NCBI GenBank assembly: GCA_950097015.1
Contig: CATNEN010000033.1
Span: 3,782,001 to 3,846,000, forward strand
Direction: 5' to 3'
DNA: 64,000 nt
Origin: Macrostomum hystrix
Lineage: Eukaryota > Animalia > Platyhelminthes
Below are positions 62,810 to 64,000 of the stretch, one piece after another (position 1 is the stretch's first letter; every line of letters begins with the position of its first letter). The notes under the pieces are model-generated. The model was not told the origin of the DNA and did not search any database. It worked only from the letters and a program-made list of their open reading frames with translations. A program made the position numbers and the translations under genes.

Positions 62810-64000
62810 GAGATTGGGGTTAGGGGAGAGATTGGGGTAGGGGGGAGAAATTAGGGTAGGGAGAGAGATAAGGGTAGGGAGAGAGATTGGGGTAGGGAGA
62901 GAGATCGGGGGTAGGGGGAGAAATTGAGGTAGGGAGAGAGATCGGGGGTAGGGGGAGAGATTGGGGGTAGGGAGAGATATTGGGGTAGGAAGAGAGATCG
63001 GGGGTAGGGGGAGAGATTGGGGGTAGGGGGAGAGATTGGGGTAGGGAGAGAGATCGGGGTAGGGAGAGAGATCGGGGTAAGGAGAGAGACTGAGGTAAGG
63101 AGAGAGATTGGGGTAGGGAGAGAGATTGGGGTAGGGGGAGAGATTGGGGGTAGGGAGAGAGATTGGGGTAGGGAGAGAGATTAGGGTAGGGAGAGATATT
63201 GGGGTAGGGAGAGAGATCGGGGGTAGGGGGAGAAATTGGGGTAGGGAGAGAGATCGGGGTAGGGAGAGAGATCGGGGTAGGGAGAGAGATTGGGGTAGGG
63301 GGAGAGATTGGGGGTAGGGAGAGAGATTGGGGTAGGGAGAGAGATTAGGGTAGGGAGAGAGATTGGGGTAGGGAGAGAGATTGGGGTAGGGAGAGAGATT
63401 GGGGTAGGGAGAGAGATTGGGGTAGGGAGAGAGATCGGGGTAGGGAGAGAGATCGGGGGTAGGGGGAGAGACTGAGGTAGGGAGAGAGATCGGGGGTAGG
63501 GGGAGAGATTGGGGGTAGGGAGAGATATTGGGGTAGGGAGAGAGATCGGGGGTAGGGGGAGAGATTGGGGGTCGGGAGAGAGATTGGGGTAGGGAGAGAG
63601 ATTAGGGTAGGGAGAGATATTGGGGTAAGGAGAGAGATCGGGGGTAGGGGGAGAAATTGGGGTAGGGAGAGAGATCGGGGTAGGGAGAGAGATCGGGGGT
63701 AGGGGAAGAGATTGGGGGTAGGGGGAGAGATTGGGGTAGGGAGAGAGATCGGGGTAGGGAGAGAGATCGGGGTAGGGAGAGAGATCGGGGGTAGGGGGAG
63801 AGACTGAGGTAGGGAGAGAGATCGGGGTAGGGAGAGAGACTAAGGTAAGGAGAGAGATTGGGGTAGGGAGAGAGACTGAGGTAAGGAGAGAGATTGGGGT
63901 AGGGAGAGAGACTGAGGTAAGGAGAGAGACTGGGGTAGGGAGAGAGATTGGGGTAGGGAGAGAGATTGGGGTAGGGAGAGAGACTGAGGTAAGGAGAGAG
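62810..64000. repeat. G-rich ~19-bp satellite (GGGGTAGGGAGAGAGATT)n, truncated by window end
   Basis: About 60 units with G3-G5 runs. Confidence 0.97.

Overview
This is eukaryotic (animal) genomic DNA, not prokaryotic. GT-AG spliced genes, CAG/poly-Q-rich GC-biased exons and about 21 kb (roughly one third) of diverse minisatellites suggest a free-living flatworm such as Macrostomum; the taxon is an inference. Well-supported genes: (1) a multi-exon GABA-A/GRD-like Cys-loop anion channel subunit (+, ~1989-13135); (2) an intronless PKA type II regulatory subunit (-, 24169-25395), head-to-head with (3) an intronless 1349-aa ankyrin-repeat protein (+, 27741-31790); (4) a two-exon orphan rhodopsin-class GPCR (+, 33959-35258); (5) a six-exon HPDL orthologue (-, 38254-43929) that the ORF track misses almost entirely; (6) a five-exon FAM193-family gene (-, 49887-54866). 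Mobile DNA: two copies of a ~358-bp tRNA-derived SINE with target-site duplications, an internally deleted Ty3/Gypsy (Mag-like) LTR element with a 5-bp TSD, a 630-bp non-autonomous Merlin/ISXO2 element with an 8-bp TSD, and two foldback/MITE-like elements sharing ~105-bp TIRs around dissimilar interiors. Most long ORFs in the track are translated tandem repeats. I found no multi-gene novel system. The best leads are the repeat-filled HPDL introns, the unusual extracellular insertion and ligand-loop changes in the GABA-A-like subunit, the mobile element families, and weakly supported candidate genes between the satellites.
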